The notes under the pieces: generated by a model
What the model was told of the DNA's origin: nothing
Databases searched by the model: none
Seen by the model: only the letters and a program-made list of their open reading frames with translations
Shown: positions 20,905-29,486 of the stretch, one piece after another
Numbering within the stretch: the stretch's first letter is position 1
Layout: every line of letters begins with the position of its first letter
Program-made: the position numbers and the translations under genes
Assembly: GCA_016293435.1 (NCBI GenBank)
Contig: JAEDEG010000001.1
Span: 1 to 61,123 of the forward strand
Length of the DNA stretch: 61,123 nt
Reading direction: 5' to 3'
Source: Clostridia bacterium
GTDB lineage: Bacteria > Bacillota > Clostridia > UMGS1810

Positions 20905-22566
20905 TTATGCCGTCAGCACATTGTAAATCAGCTGAGCCGCCTGCACTCTCGTCAGGAAACTCTTGGGTGAAAACGTGCCGTCCTCAAAGCCGTTTACAAA
21001 GCCTTCACCCGCAAGGTAGGAAACAGCATTTTTAGCATAGTAGGATATCTCATCAGCATCAGAAAAATTAACTTTTTTAGACAAAAGTCCTTTTTTGGTC
21101 AAAAGACGATATATTATCACCACTGAATCTTCTCTGGTTATTTTATCATTGGGCCTAAAACTCGTATTGTCGCCTTTCACAATACCCGCCGCTGTTGCAC
21201 TGTATACGCATTCAGCAAACCAATCTGTACTTTTAACATCATCGAACAAAACTCCGGTATCTGTTTTGGGAGGTTCTTCATTAAGAATTTTACCATATAA
21301 TCCCATTGTCATCTTAACAAATTCTGCACGGCTGATTTCCTTCGACGGCAAAAAGCTTCCATCCTGATAACCATTTAAAATGCCTTCTGCTGTTAAAAGA
21401 GATACCGACTTTGCACCCCAATGCTCTACAGGCAGGTCAGTAAAGAGTTGCTTTATTGTCTCTTCTTCTTTTTCGTTATCTGCCTCTTTTTCAATTGAAG
21501 ATGTAATCACAGTGCCTTTGCTTCCTCCTTTGCTCCCTCCACCGCTGCCGCTACCACCATTATCTTTAGCTTCATCTACTGCCTCAGCTACGCTATCAAG
21601 AAAAATCTCTTTAATATCTTCAAAGGTTGTAGGGGTTTTCTTTTTTTTCATCAGTTCAAAAACTCTGTCTTGTTCCGATAAATTCAAATAATTCCGGTCT
21701 TCCAACAATTCTTTAAAATCTGCGGCAAAATCCTTTGCTATAATTTCTTTAAATGTCACCCAATTGTTTGCACAACGCAATGCTGCCAGTGGTTTAAGCT
21801 CAGTTAATGTTTCTGAAAGTTCTTCCGGGGTATAGTGGCTGTACAAATCTGTTTCTGCAAACAGTGACAAAAGTTCTTGCTTTGCATTATCATCTAAACG
21901 AGTTTCGCTATAATACAAAGCTTCCATATCAATCCCCAACTGTTCTTGGTATTTACCGAGCAATAGCTCAATTTGGTCTTTTTTTGCAATTTTAATAGAG
22001 CAAATTGCATAAACCATATAATAATTTCGGTTAAAATCTACCGAATCGCCAAACGTCATATTATATAACATTTTGGTGATTCTGTTGTTTTCTGAAATAT
22101 AAACAGCATCGTTTGTGTCGATACCTAAGATCTGAGCATTGTCTGCAAGCAATGTGCGAAATACATTAATATCTTCTGCATCGTTTAATGCTTCAATCAC
22201 AGAACTTGCTGCCGTAGTATCAATATGCATAAATGAATCTGTTGCCTCTCCTTCATCACTTGTTGCATATACAATATATTTTCCACCCGCTGCATTATAT
22301 GGCATGCCTATATTCAGAGCAAATACTCCGCTTGAGCTTATCTGTTTAATAACCATCGGCATGGAAGAAACTGTCATATCGGAAGGCAAAAGTTCTTCCG
22401 GTGTTATGGTAATTACAATTTCTCCGTGACCTGTTCCTGTAATAGCCAGTTCTGCTGTATTAGGCTTATAAGCTACCGAAATCGAAATATCTTCTTTCGC
22501 AAAAACAACCATACCATTTAGCAAAATATGTATTGAAGTTAATATACTAACTATTTTTTTTACCAT
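20905..22566 (-). CDS. Secreted 553 aa protein with three C-terminal SLH repeats (protein A), first gene of the operon
   Basis: Signal peptide present, then an Ig-like N-terminus, a helical middle and a G/S linker (GGSGSGGGSKGGSKG). The three SLH repeats are FTDLPVEHWGAKSVSLLTAEGILNGYQDGSF, FDDVKSTDWFAECVYSATAAGIVKGDNTSF and FSDADEISYYAKNAVSYLAGEGFVNGFEDGTF. RBS AAGAGGTGA precedes the start. Confidence 0.8.
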   Translation of the reverse strand: MVKKIVSILTSIHILLNGMVVFAKEDISISVAYKPNTAELAITGTGHGEIVITITPEELLPSDMTVSSMPMVIKQISSSGVFALNIGMPYNAAGGKYIVYATSDEGEATDSFMHIDTTAASSVIEALNDAEDINVFRTLLADNAQILGIDTNDAVYISENNRITKMLYNMTFGDSVDFNRNYYMVYAICSIKIAKKDQIELLLGKYQEQLGIDMEALYYSETRLDDNAKQELLSLFAETDLYSHYTPEELSETLTELKPLAALRCANNWVTFKEIIAKDFAADFKELLEDRNYLNLSEQDRVFELMKKKKTPTTFEDIKEIFLDSVAEAVDEAKDNGGSGSGGGSKGGSKGTVITSSIEKEADNEKEEETIKQLFTDLPVEHWGAKSVSLLTAEGILNGYQDGSFLPSKEISRAEFVKMTMGLYGKILNEEPPKTDTGVLFDDVKSTDWFAECVYSATAAGIVKGDNTSFRPNDKITREDSVVIIYRLLTKKGLLSKKVNFSDADEISYYAKNAVSYLAGEGFVNGFEDGTFSPKSFLTRVQAAQLIYNVLTA

Positions 22567-22627
22567 GATTCACCTCTTATAATACTTTCTTATCTATTGT
22601 TTTTATTCGCGATATCAGCAGTTTTAT

Positions 22628-22643
22628 ATATATATCATGTCTT
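22628..22643. promoter_or_regulatory. Copy 1 of a 16-mer direct repeat ATATATATCATGtCTT in the AraC/operon divergent intergenic region
   Basis: Matches the copy at 22722-22737 at 15 of 16 positions. The two copies are 94 bp apart. Confidence 0.35.
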
Positions 22644-22721
22644 TTATATAACTGTATAAGATACATAAATTCAAAAATTGCCGGTGTTTGTTCAAATCTC
22701 CATTATATAAATGTTATATAG

Positions 22722-22737
22722 ATATATATCATGACTT
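22722..22737. promoter_or_regulatory. Copy 2 of the 16-mer direct repeat ATATATATCATGaCTT
   Basis: See copy 1. Candidate regulator half-sites, but the region is AT-rich so a chance match is possible. Confidence 0.35.
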
Positions 22738-22969
22738 GCAGCAAGATCACTCATAAGTCCCCATGCCCAGACATGTTAGCCACCGCCTATATAACAAATT
22801 TTTATGTTTGCAACACTATTTTCGTTATACCTCAATTACAATTTCTCCTCTTTTTTTAAATATTATTTATGCTCAACCAATTTTGTAATCTTATATATCA
22901 TTATATATTGGATAAATAATATTTTCCTTAATAATTTAGATAAAATATGCAAAAAACATTAAAATATGG

Positions 22970-22998
22970 TTGACTTTTACTATTTTGCATGATATTAT
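22970..22998 (+). promoter_or_regulatory. Candidate sigma-A promoter for the AraC-family gene
   Basis: TTGACT at 22970-22975, 17 nt spacer, TGaTATTAT extended -10 at 22990-22998. It lies only about 8 nt before the GTG at 23006, so the mRNA is near-leaderless or the true start is downstream. Confidence 0.4.
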
Positions 22999-23005
22999 TA
23001 GATAG

Positions 23006-23842
23006 GTGATTGATGTGGATATTGTATTTGAAGGATTCAATAATGATGGATTGTATGTTGAAAGAAGCGAGTATTCTTATAATGAAATGCCGAGTTTCCA
23101 TACACATAATAAGCATGAACTCTATTTTTTAGAGCAAGGAATAACAAAATATTTTATAGGAAATAAAATATATATATTAAAACCCGGTGATTTTATTTTT
23201 ATTCCTAAAGGACAATATCATCAAACAACTATAAATGAGAGTGAAAAACGTCAACGCTTGCTTTTGACATTTGATAGTGCCTTTGTTGGAAGCGGATATT
23301 TAAAATACATTCAAGAACTTATTTTGGATAAGCATATACATATTCATGAAGAGCACATGAATGATTTAAAATATATTCTAAAAAAAATTGAAGATGAAGA
23401 AAAAAATAAATTTGGCGATTATGAAAAAATGCAAAAGATGTATCTTAGGCAATTGCTAATACTTATCACGCGTAACAGAATAAAAGAACAGTGCGTCGTA
23501 ATTAGCGAAAATGAAAAGCTTGTGCAAGAAGCAGCAGTGTACATAAGTGAAAATTATGAACAGGAACTTTGTCTCGAAAATTTAGCAAATAGATATTCTG
23601 TAAGCCCCGGCCATTTTTCAAAGCTATTTAAAAGGATTACCGGTGTTGGTGTAAGTGAATATATAAGAATATCAAGGGTCAATGCAGCTCAAGAACTTAT
23701 AGAAAGTACTAAACTGTCAATTACAGAAATTGCTCAAAAATGTGGATTTAATGATAGCAATTATTTTACACAGGTTTTCAAAAAAATTGTAGGCATCACA
23801 CCAAAAAAGTATTCTATGCAAAATCGTCACGCCGTCAAGTGA
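23006..23842 (+). CDS. AraC-family transcriptional regulator (N-terminal cupin sensor, C-terminal dual HTH)
   Basis: Cupin-like FHTHNKHELYFLEQG...GDFIFIPKGQYH. The AraC HTH region is LENLANRYSVSPGHFSKLFKRITGVGVSEYIRISRVNAAQELI...ITEIAQKCGFNDSNYFTQVFKKIVGITPKKY. The exact start is uncertain (GTG at 23006 or 23015, or the ATG at 23087). Confidence 0.85.
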   Translation: MIDVDIVFEGFNNDGLYVERSEYSYNEMPSFHTHNKHELYFLEQGITKYFIGNKIYILKPGDFIFIPKGQYHQTTINESEKRQRLLLTFDSAFVGSGYLKYIQELILDKHIHIHEEHMNDLKYILKKIEDEEKNKFGDYEKMQKMYLRQLLILITRNRIKEQCVVISENEKLVQEAAVYISENYEQELCLENLANRYSVSPGHFSKLFKRITGVGVSEYIRISRVNAAQELIESTKLSITEIAQKCGFNDSNYFTQVFKKIVGITPKKYSMQNRHAVK

Positions 23843-23910
23843 CTTTACTCAAGGTTTTTTAAATACTGTTTATCTTGTGTCTGCTTATTGAAAAATACAA
23901 CATATTAACA

Positions 23911-23961
23911 AATAAAATGACCTCCAAATCATTAGATTTTTTGATCTAATTTTTGGAGGTC
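23911..23961 (-). terminator. Intrinsic terminator after prfB
   Basis: GACCTCCAAA (23919-23928) pairs with TTTGGAGGTC (23952-23961), with an inner hairpin ATTAGAT/ATCTAAT. On the minus strand the stem is followed by ATTTTATTT. Confidence 0.7.
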
Positions 23962-23974
23962 GATTCATACTAAC

Positions 23975-25115
23975 CTAAAGTTCGTTTGTCGGCTTTTCTT
24001 GGCCTAAGGTGCCGAGACTTGCTCTTTTGAGATATTCGTTGATAAATCCGTCTATGTCACCATCCATGACTGCACTTATATTACCCATTTCATAATTAGT
24101 TCTATGATCTTTGACAAGATTGTAGGGATGGAAAACGTAAGAACGAATCTGACTGCCCCAAGCAATCTCTTTCTGTTCGCCCTTGATGTCATTGAGCTTT
24201 TCCTGATTTTCTTTTTCTTTAAGCTCAATCAATTTAGACTTAAGCATCTTCATTGCATAGTCCTTATTTTTGTGCTGTGAGCGCTCATTTTGACACGCAA
24301 CAACTATACCGGTCGGAAGATGGGTGATGCGGATGGCTGAGCTTGTTTTGTTGATATGCTGACCGCCGGCACCGCTGGAGCGATATGTGTCGATTCTCAA
24401 ATCATCGGGGTTGATATCTACCTCAACATCATCATCAATTTCGGGCATTACCTCGGCTGAGGCAAAGGAAGTATGTCTTCTGCCTGACGAATCAAAGGGA
24501 GATATTCGAACAAGACGGTGTACCCCCTTTTCGCACTTGAGATAACCGTATGCGTTTTCTCCCGAAATGAGAAGTGTAACGCTTTTTACACCGGCTTCAT
24601 CTCCGGGAAGATAATCCATTGTTTCAACTGTGAAATTGCGTCTTTCTGCCCAACGAGTATACATACGCAAAAGCATATCAACCCAATCCTGAGCTTCTGT
24701 ACCGCCGGCGCCGGGATGAAGAGTAAGTATGGCATTGTTTTTGTCATAAACACCCGAAAGTAAGGTTTCGAGAGTCATTTCCTCTGTGCGAACTTTGATT
24801 TCCTTGACCGAATCTGATATTTCATCAAGATAAGACTCATCCTCTTCGGAGTTTGCCATATCAATTAAAACAATGGTATCATCAAACAATGCTCTTAAGC
24901 CCTCATATTTTTCGACCTTGTTTTTTAATGCTTTTGTTTTTTGAAGGATCTTCTGGCTTGCTTCGGGATCATCCCAGAATCCCGGTTCTGCAGCTTGATT
25001 TTCAAGCTCCTGTATCTTTTCTATCGTTGAAGCGATGTCAAAGTGAATCCCTCAAATCATTTATACTGCTTTCCATATTCTGAAGTTCAATTCTGTATTC
25101 ATCATACTGTAACAA
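23975..25115 (-). CDS. prfB: Peptide chain release factor 2, expressed through a programmed +1 ribosomal frameshift
   Basis: Frame 0 runs from the TTG at 25115 (RBS GAGGTGA at 25128-25122) for 25 codons ([25 protein letters not shown]) to an in-frame TGA at 25040-25038. The +1 frame continues [29 protein letters not shown]... into the track ORF 23975..24889. That ORF contains the SPF and GGQ motifs. Confidence 0.93.
25037..25043 (-). promoter_or_regulatory. prfB: RF2 autoregulatory +1 frameshift site CTT TGA C
   Basis: The minus strand reads AGGGAT TCA CTT TGA C, with an internal SD-like purine run (GAGGGA) a few nt upstream of CTT, as in other bacterial prfB genes. Confidence 0.9.
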
Positions 25116-25139
25116 TATAAGTCACCTCTTTTTGATATA

Positions 25140-27869
25140 TTATCTGCCGCAGCACTTTTTATATTTTAATCCCGACCCGCATGGACAAAGATCGTTTCTG
25201 CCTATTTTTTCGCCTTTACGAACAGGCTTGTTTTCAACGGTGCCATCGGAGCCTCCGGAGGTTGCAGTTGGTTTGGCAACCTGCTCACGTTCAATCTTGC
25301 GTTCAACACGTACATGGAAAAGAAGCCTGATAATTTCTTCTGTAATCGCCTGAAGCATAGCTTCATACATGATATAGCCTTCTTCTTTGTATTCGATAAC
25401 CGGATCTCGCTGCGCATAAGCTCTGAGCCCTATACCCTGACGCAAACGTTCCATATCATCAATATGATCCATCCATTTGCTGTCAACCGCACGAAGAAGT
25501 ATTATACGCTCAATCTCACGCATGGCTTCTGAGCCAAATTCCTCTTCTTTGAGTGCATACTGTTCAAAGGCAATTTTCTTGAGCTGCTCTACCAGATCTT
25601 CTCTTGTAAGATCCTCAATCTCTTCTTTTGTATAAGAAAGTGCATCGTGAGGTAGGAAAAACTGCTCAAGATACTCTATCAAGCCGGTTATATTCCAATT
25701 TTCGGGATACTGTTCGCCTGCAATGTACTGGTCTACCGTAAGATTAATAAAGTCTGCAATTCTCTTTTCGTAGCTGCTCTTAAAGTCTCCACCGTCTAAA
25801 ACCTTGTTTCTCTCGGCATAGATAACCTTACGCTGAACGTTCATTACGTCATCATATTCAAGGACATTCTTTCTGGCTTTGAAGTTGTTGCCCTCAACCG
25901 TGCGCTGAGCTCTTTCTATTGCGGATGTAAGCATGCCGGCCTCTATCGCTTCGTCATCACCGAGACCGAGAGTATCGACCATTGAACGAAGTCTGTCGGA
26001 GCCGAATTTTCTGAGAAGGTCATCCTCTAAAGAAAGATAAAATCTGGATTCACCAACATCACCCTGACGGCCGGAACGACCTCTCAGCTGATTATCTATT
26101 CTACGTGATTCGTGGCGTTCGGTGCCTATTATAAACAAGCCGCCGGCATCCTTTACTTCTTCACGTTCGGACCGGATTTGATCTTTGTACTTATCGTTTA
26201 ACTCTTTATACTTTTGGCGGGCTTCTATAATAGCATCATCATCGGTATCTGAAAAACCGGTTGATTCGATAATTATCTCCGGTGAATATCCGAGCTTTTC
26301 CATTTCTTTTTTGGCAAGAAAATCAGAATTACCGCCAAGCATTATATCCGTACCACGGCCTGCCATATTGGTAGCAATGGTTACAGCGCCCTTTTTACCT
26401 GCCTGAGCTATGATCTCGGCTTCTTTTTCATGATACTTTGCATTCAGAACTTCGTGCTTTATACCGTTTTTGCTGAGTATTTTGCTAAGAAGCTCTGATT
26501 TTTCGATTGTAACCGTGCCAACAAGTACCGGTTGTCCTTTTTGGTGACATTCGATAATCTGCTTAACAACAGCATTGAACTTTGCTGCCTCGGTTTTATA
26601 CACGCTGTCGGCATGATCGGTTCTTGCCATAGGTTCATTGGTAGGAATTACAACAACATCCAAATTATAAATAGCGTTAAATTCTTCCTGCTCGGTTTCA
26701 GCTGTACCGGTCATACCGGAAAGCTTGGTGTACAGACGGAAAAAGTTTTGAAAAGTAATCGTTGCTAAGGTTTTGCTCTCTCTGGCTATTTTTACACCCT
26801 CTTTTGCCTCGATAGCCTGATGGAGGCCGTCGTTATAGCGACGACCGTGCATGAGACGGCCGGTAAATTCATCAACAATAATTACCTCATCATTTTTTAC
26901 AACATAATCGACATCGCGGTGCATTACACCGTGCGCTCTGATGGCTTGATTTATATGATGCAAAAGCGTTATATTTTCGGGATCGGAAAGATTTTCTACA
27001 TTAAAGGCTTTTTCTGCTTTTTTCACACCGTTTGCAGTAAGAGTGGCAGTGTTTGCCTTTTCATCAATAATATAATCTGCATCGGTATCGTCATCGTCTT
27101 TTTTGTCATCAGACTCTACAACCTTAAGCGGCTTTAAGGTGCGTGCAAAATGATCGGCATAAGAATAAAGTTCTGTTGATTCTTCGCCCATACCGGATAT
27201 GATCAAAGGGGTTCTTGCCTCGTCAATCAATATGGAGTCAACTTCATCGACAACAACAAAATTGTGACCCTTACACTGTACAATCTGATTTTTATATATA
27301 ACCATATTGTCGCGAAGATAATCAAAACCAAACTCATTGTTGGTACCGTAGGTTATATCACAACTATATGCTTCTTGTCTTTCAGCCGGACTTTTGTCGT
27401 GAATTATCAAACCAACCGTAAGCCCCAAAAAACGATGTATTTTACCCATTTGTTCGCTATCACGCTTGGCAAGATAGTCATTGACCGTTACAACGTGAAC
27501 ACCTTTTCCTTCGAGCGCATTGAGATAGCATGGCAAGGTAGCCACAAGTGTTTTACCTTCACCTGTTTTCATTTCGGCAATTCTGCCTTGATGCAGAACA
27601 ATACCGCCTATGAGCTGAACATCAAAATGACGCATCCCCAATACTCTGTATGAAGCTTCTCTTACAACCGCAAAGGCTTCGGGCAAAATATCATCCAAGG
27701 TCTCTCCTTGAGATAATCTGCTTTTAAATTCATCGGTTTTTGCTCTCAGTTCTTTATCAGAAAGCTGTTTCATTTCCGGTTCAAGGTCATTTATCTTTTT
27801 AACAATCGGCATGATTCTTTTGATTTCACGGGAGCTGTATGTTCCGAAAATTTTTTCTAATAATTTCAA
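25140..27869 (-). CDS. secA: Preprotein translocase ATPase SecA
   Basis: Full-length SecA colinearity, including [14 protein letters not shown], the [19 protein letters not shown] Walker B/DEAD region, and the C-terminal zinc motif [14 protein letters not shown]. Start trimmed to the TTG at 27869, 5 nt after AGAGGTGA. Confidence 0.95.
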   Translation of the reverse strand: MKLLEKIFGTYSSREIKRIMPIVKKINDLEPEMKQLSDKELRAKTDEFKSRLSQGETLDDILPEAFAVVREASYRVLGMRHFDVQLIGGIVLHQGRIAEMKTGEGKTLVATLPCYLNALEGKGVHVVTVNDYLAKRDSEQMGKIHRFLGLTVGLIIHDKSPAERQEAYSCDITYGTNNEFGFDYLRDNMVIYKNQIVQCKGHNFVVVDEVDSILIDEARTPLIISGMGEESTELYSYADHFARTLKPLKVVESDDKKDDDDTDADYIIDEKANTATLTANGVKKAEKAFNVENLSDPENITLLHHINQAIRAHGVMHRDVDYVVKNDEVIIVDEFTGRLMHGRRYNDGLHQAIEAKEGVKIARESKTLATITFQNFFRLYTKLSGMTGTAETEQEEFNAIYNLDVVVIPTNEPMARTDHADSVYKTEAAKFNAVVKQIIECHQKGQPVLVGTVTIEKSELLSKILSKNGIKHEVLNAKYHEKEAEIIAQAGKKGAVTIATNMAGRGTDIMLGGNSDFLAKKEMEKLGYSPEIIIESTGFSDTDDDAIIEARQKYKELNDKYKDQIRSEREEVKDAGGLFIIGTERHESRRIDNQLRGRSGRQGDVGESRFYLSLEDDLLRKFGSDRLRSMVDTLGLGDDEAIEAGMLTSAIERAQRTVEGNNFKARKNVLEYDDVMNVQRKVIYAERNKVLDGGDFKSSYEKRIADFINLTVDQYIAGEQYPENWNITGLIEYLEQFFLPHDALSYTKEEIEDLTREDLVEQLKKIAFEQYALKEEEFGSEAMREIERIILLRAVDSKWMDHIDDMERLRQGIGLRAYAQRDPVIEYKEEGYIMYEAMLQAITEEIIRLLFHVRVERKIEREQVAKPTATSGGSDGTVENKPVRKGEKIGRNDLCPCGSGLKYKKCCGR

Positions 27870-28004
27870 ATTTTTCACCTCTTTGTTATTTAAAAACACA
27901 GTATAACATTATATATTATAGCAAGAAAATCCATTAATAACAATAGTTTTTTTAAATTTTATAGAAAATGTAACATTGTTTACAAATTTATTAAATAAAA
28001 AACA

Positions 28005-28034
28005 TTTACATTGACATATTTTAAAATTTATAAT
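28005..28034 (+). promoter_or_regulatory. Candidate promoter of mtnN
   Basis: TTTACA at 28005-28010, 18 nt spacer, TATAAT at 28029-28034. Confidence 0.35.
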
Positions 28035-28074
28035 AACATAAAAATGGATTTTAAATAATATGAGGAGGTATAAT

Positions 28075-28746
28075 ATGATTGGCATAATAGGTGCTATGGA
28101 TATAGAAACAGACGGAATTAAACACTCCATGACCGAAACCGAAACAAAAAATATTTCTTCAATCGAGTTTGTAAAAGGCAAAATTTGCGGTAAGGATGCA
28201 GTGTGTGCGATGTGCAATCCCGGAAAGGTTAATGCCGCACTGTGTGCACAAATAATGATACTTACATACAATCCCGATATAATTATTAATTCGGGCGTAG
28301 CCGGTTCGCTTGATACCGAGCTTGATGTACTTTCGGTTGTAATTGGTGAAAAATGCGTACAGCACGACTATGATTTGACAGCACTCGGATCGCCTCTTGG
28401 AATGATAGACGGAGTAAATACCGTTTATTTTAAATGTGACAAAAATGCAGTTGATGTACTCGACAGCATATGTTCATCGGAAAAATGCAAAACGGGAATC
28501 ATTGCAACAGGAGATCAGTTTATCAGCGGTGAGAAATCAAAAAAAAGAATAAGAGATAATTTTGGTGCAATTGCCTGCGATATGGAGGGCGGAGCAATAG
28601 CACATGTATGTATGACAAATGATGTTCCGTTTGCCGCGCTAAGAGTAATATCGGATGGAGCAAGCGAAATAGATTTTAATATATTCAAAACAAAAGCATC
28701 AAATAAATCTATTGAAATTTTGCTTGATTTTGTAAAAACATTTTAA
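28075..28746 (+). CDS. mtnN: 5'-methylthioadenosine/S-adenosylhomocysteine nucleosidase
   Basis: MIGIIGAMDIE..., PGKVNAA, INSGVAGSL and ACDMEGGAIAHVC match the Pfs/MtnN family. The ATG at 28075 follows GGAGG by 7 nt. Confidence 0.9.
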   Translation: MIGIIGAMDIETDGIKHSMTETETKNISSIEFVKGKICGKDAVCAMCNPGKVNAALCAQIMILTYNPDIIINSGVAGSLDTELDVLSVVIGEKCVQHDYDLTALGSPLGMIDGVNTVYFKCDKNAVDVLDSICSSEKCKTGIIATGDQFISGEKSKKRIRDNFGAIACDMEGGAIAHVCMTNDVPFAALRVISDGASEIDFNIFKTKASNKSIEILLDFVKTF

Positions 28747-29136
28747 AAATACGAATAAAATGTACCGTGAAACAAGCCCGGATTTTGATTAAATTCTTTA
28801 CGAAGCATCCAAAATGATGTTAATAAAAATATCATTTTGGCGGTCTTGCAGTCCACATGATTTCTGAATTTTACAGATTTTCAATTAAAAAATGGGGAAA
28901 CTCAAACAGCAATCATATTTTTGAAAAATTTTTGAAAAATAGTTTCAGTAGTTTTAGTATATTTACATAATAGCTAAATAATTGTATTTTTATTGGATTT
29001 GTTAATCATATTTGAACAAGTTTAACAAAATGAAAAAAAGAATGTTGACTTTATACATTTTTTTTAGTAAACTGAAACTGATACAATAATACTTGGTTAA
29101 ATAGTCAACAAATAATGAGGCAAAAGGAGCGTTTGT

Positions 29137-29406
29137 ATGTTTATTAAAGAAATTACAGTACAAAATCAGGTTGGTCTTCATGCACGTCCTGCTACATTTT
29201 TCATACAGAAAGCAAATGAGTATAAATCAACAATTTGGGTTTCACGTGAAGAAAGAAAAGTGAATGCAAAAAGTCTTTTGGGTGTTTTATCTTTAGGAAT
29301 TACCAAAGGTACGCCAATCACCGTTATAGCTGAAGGTGTAGACGAAGAAGAAGCTGTTGAAGGTTTGATAGAGCTTATCAGTTCAAATTTTACAGAAACA
29401 GTATAA
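29137..29406 (+). CDS. ptsH: Phosphocarrier protein HPr
   Basis: GLHARPA (His15 site) and NAKSLLGVLSLG (Ser46 site). 89 aa. RBS AAAGGAG. Confidence 0.92.
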   Translation: MFIKEITVQNQVGLHARPATFFIQKANEYKSTIWVSREERKVNAKSLLGVLSLGITKGTPITVIAEGVDEEEAVEGLIELISSNFTETV

Positions 29407-29416
29407 TAAAATGCCG

Positions 29417-29448
29417 AGCCCCTGTATATTTTATATGCAGGGGCTTTC
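29417..29448 (+). terminator. Intrinsic terminator after ptsH
   Basis: AGCCCCTG (29417-29424) pairs with CAGGGGCT (29438-29445). The following T-tract is short (TTTC). Confidence 0.55.
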
Positions 29449-29486
29449 AAGTATTTGGTTTCTTATCTGAAAAGAAGGTGATTTAT

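Noticed and set aside
5699-22566. Higher GC content of the surface operon (by eye mid-40s percent, against low-30s percent for the spoIIIA region) as evidence of horizontal transfer.
   Set aside because: Core genes in the same window, such as secA and gap, look equally GC-enriched, while AT-rich values are confined to membrane and sporulation genes. The contrast is therefore not diagnostic without a computed genome-wide baseline and codon-usage analysis.
27909-28271. Track ORF of 120 aa on the minus strand, spanning the secA-mtnN intergenic region.
   Set aside because: It overlaps the mtnN start and promoter region, and it has an AT-rich low-complexity translation with no RBS. It is spurious.
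28918-28939. Tandem TTTTTGAAAAA x2 palindromic low-complexity tract in the 390 nt mtnN-ptsH spacer. I also looked there for a riboswitch or sRNA and for a 19-codon ORF at about 29030.
   Set aside because: It is AT-only low complexity. I could not recognise any conserved riboswitch core, and the mini-ORF lacks an RBS. Covariance-model scanning would be needed to say more.
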